DNA of 63,907 nt, counting the filler, from Octopus bimaculoides (lineage: Eukaryota), in assembly GCF_001194135.2 (NCBI RefSeq). It is 6 parts of 6 records of this genome, joined end to end, with 100 filler letters (N's around TTAATTAATTAA, not from the genome) between each part and the next. Parts side by side here need not be neighbours in the genome. Positions count along the whole stretch, not along the records: positions 62,580 to 63,907 come from NC_068996.1; 5 more parts are not named here. One strand, given 5' to 3'. The notes below the pieces were generated by a model. That model did no database searches. It saw only the letters and a program-made list of their open reading frames with translations, and had not been told where the DNA came from. This document shows positions 62,524 through 63,907 of this stretch, piece after piece. Position 1 is the first letter of the stretch, and the number at the start of each line of letters is the position of its first letter. The position numbers and the translations under genes were made by a program.

Positions 62524-62535
62524 TTAATTAATTAA
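62524..62535. other. artificial six-frame-stop linker
   Basis: TTAATTAATTAA with 44 N each side. Confidence 0.95.
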
Positions 62536-62579
62536 NNNNNNNNNNNNNNNNNNNNNNNNNNNNNNNNNNNNNNNNNNNN

Positions 62580-62956
62580 AATAGCAGACGACATTTCCGG
62601 AAGGTTTATCCACGCATGCGCAGGGACTAGTTCCGGAAGGAATACAGGAAGAGTCTCATGCGCATGCGTAGTCATCGACATCCAAACTTTCGCGCTTCTT
62701 TTCATTCTCTTTCACCCTGGCCGACGAAGAGCTTAGACGTCGTAGCAGCCACTCTCCAACATTCCAACTCTGGAGCTACACAAATAACCACGCAACTTCA
62801 TTGACGGCGTCTCAGTAACCAAAGGGCGAAGTGCTGCCGAATTCTATTGTAATAAATATTGTGTTGATAGTTCAGAATCTGCATTCCGTTGTTTCTTCAA
62901 GAAATTTAATGTACGGAAGCGGAGTACACCTAATGGTGTATAATCACTTCCCTACA
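62580..62956 (+). mobile_element. CpG-rich LTR-like segment, 5' end lost in gap
   Basis: AATAAA at 62851, ends CCTACA at 62956 like 45874-46305; duplicated TTCCGGAAGG and CGCATGCG motifs. Confidence 0.35.
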
Positions 62957-63524
62957 AGATCATGTAATTTTAGCCTATGGCCAATCATGACTTTGTGCCC
63001 ATGGGAACAGCACACATGAAACCGTTACGTGTTCAATTGCATCCTAAATTTTTACACAAAAGATTTTGCAACATTTAGAAAGTTGATAGTTTCTAAACCA
63101 CTGTGTTCCACACTTATGGCAACAATGACTGCATATCTTTTCATTTCTTATAGTAGCATTCTATCTGCCATGGAGGATATGAAAGAAATAAAAGTCTTTT
63201 AATTGGTTTAAAGAGGGTAATAGACCGATAGGCGTTTTCATCTTTCTCCCTCAACACATTCTTCTGTTATGAACAAAATTATCCGATGTTATTTTGTTTT
63301 CTTTTCTTCGAGCCGATGCGTTTCATGTAAACTTTTTAATAACAAAGCAGATGATGAACTGAAAACGAATGATTTCTCTTTTGATTCATCCATCTCATCC
63401 TTCTTATCGTTAAAATAGTTTGCTGTTGGACATTTCTATTTTATGAAAATTTGCTTACTTGTATATCAACAAAAAAAAAGAAATGGCAATTTCACTAAAA
63501 GGCAAACCGACTACTAGATACACA

Positions 63525-63907
63525 ACATACATACATGCATGCATACATACATACATGCATGCATACATACATGCATACATACATGCATGCACACATACAT
63601 ACATACATACATACATACATACACATACACACACACACGCATACATACATACATGCATGCATACATACATACACGCATACAAATATACATACATACATAC
63701 ATGCATACATACATGTATACATGCATGCATACATACATGCATACATACGTGCATACATGTATGCATACATACATGCGTGCATACATACATACATGCATAC
63801 ATGCATGCATACATGTATGCATGTTTACATGCATACATACATACATACAGACAGACAGACACATACATACATACATACATACATACATGCATACATACAT
63901 ACATACA
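63525..63907. repeat. compound (CATA)/(CATG)n microsatellite
   Basis: Direct. Confidence 0.95.

Overview
Eukaryotic, AT-rich, microsatellite-dense genomic DNA with many N gaps. The repeat families (tRNA-derived SINEs with CAT/GAT tails, RTE-tailed elements) look like those I associate with Octopus; that assignment is inference from pattern recognition. I find no host protein-coding gene that I can support, and no rRNA, tRNA gene or CRISPR array. The window is a transposable-element graveyard. It holds four decayed Tc1/mariner transposases (one split by a ~1 kb insert, one Tc3-like), an R4/Dong-type non-LTR retrotransposon, two Penelope-like GIY-YIG remnants, RTE fragments, probable hAT and Gypsy remnants, several MITEs/foldbacks, solo-LTR-like segments and many SINE copies. 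Most ORFs in the supplied track are microsatellite or N-gap artefacts. Five TTAATTAATTAA linkers centred in 100-bp N blocks are assembly artefacts, so synteny across them is uncertain. Best leads: a 67-nt segment with a partial HDV-like ribozyme fold (13710-13776, minus); a head-to-head RTE junction with a perfect palindrome and structured RNA motif (48905-49590); a near-perfect 69-bp-arm palindrome abutting a gap (62336-62479); an AT-rich tandem array with hairpin and decayed hammerhead-like motif behind a Penelope remnant; and an exact 188-bp duplication. None is established as a new biological system. Coordinates of decayed elements are approximate.
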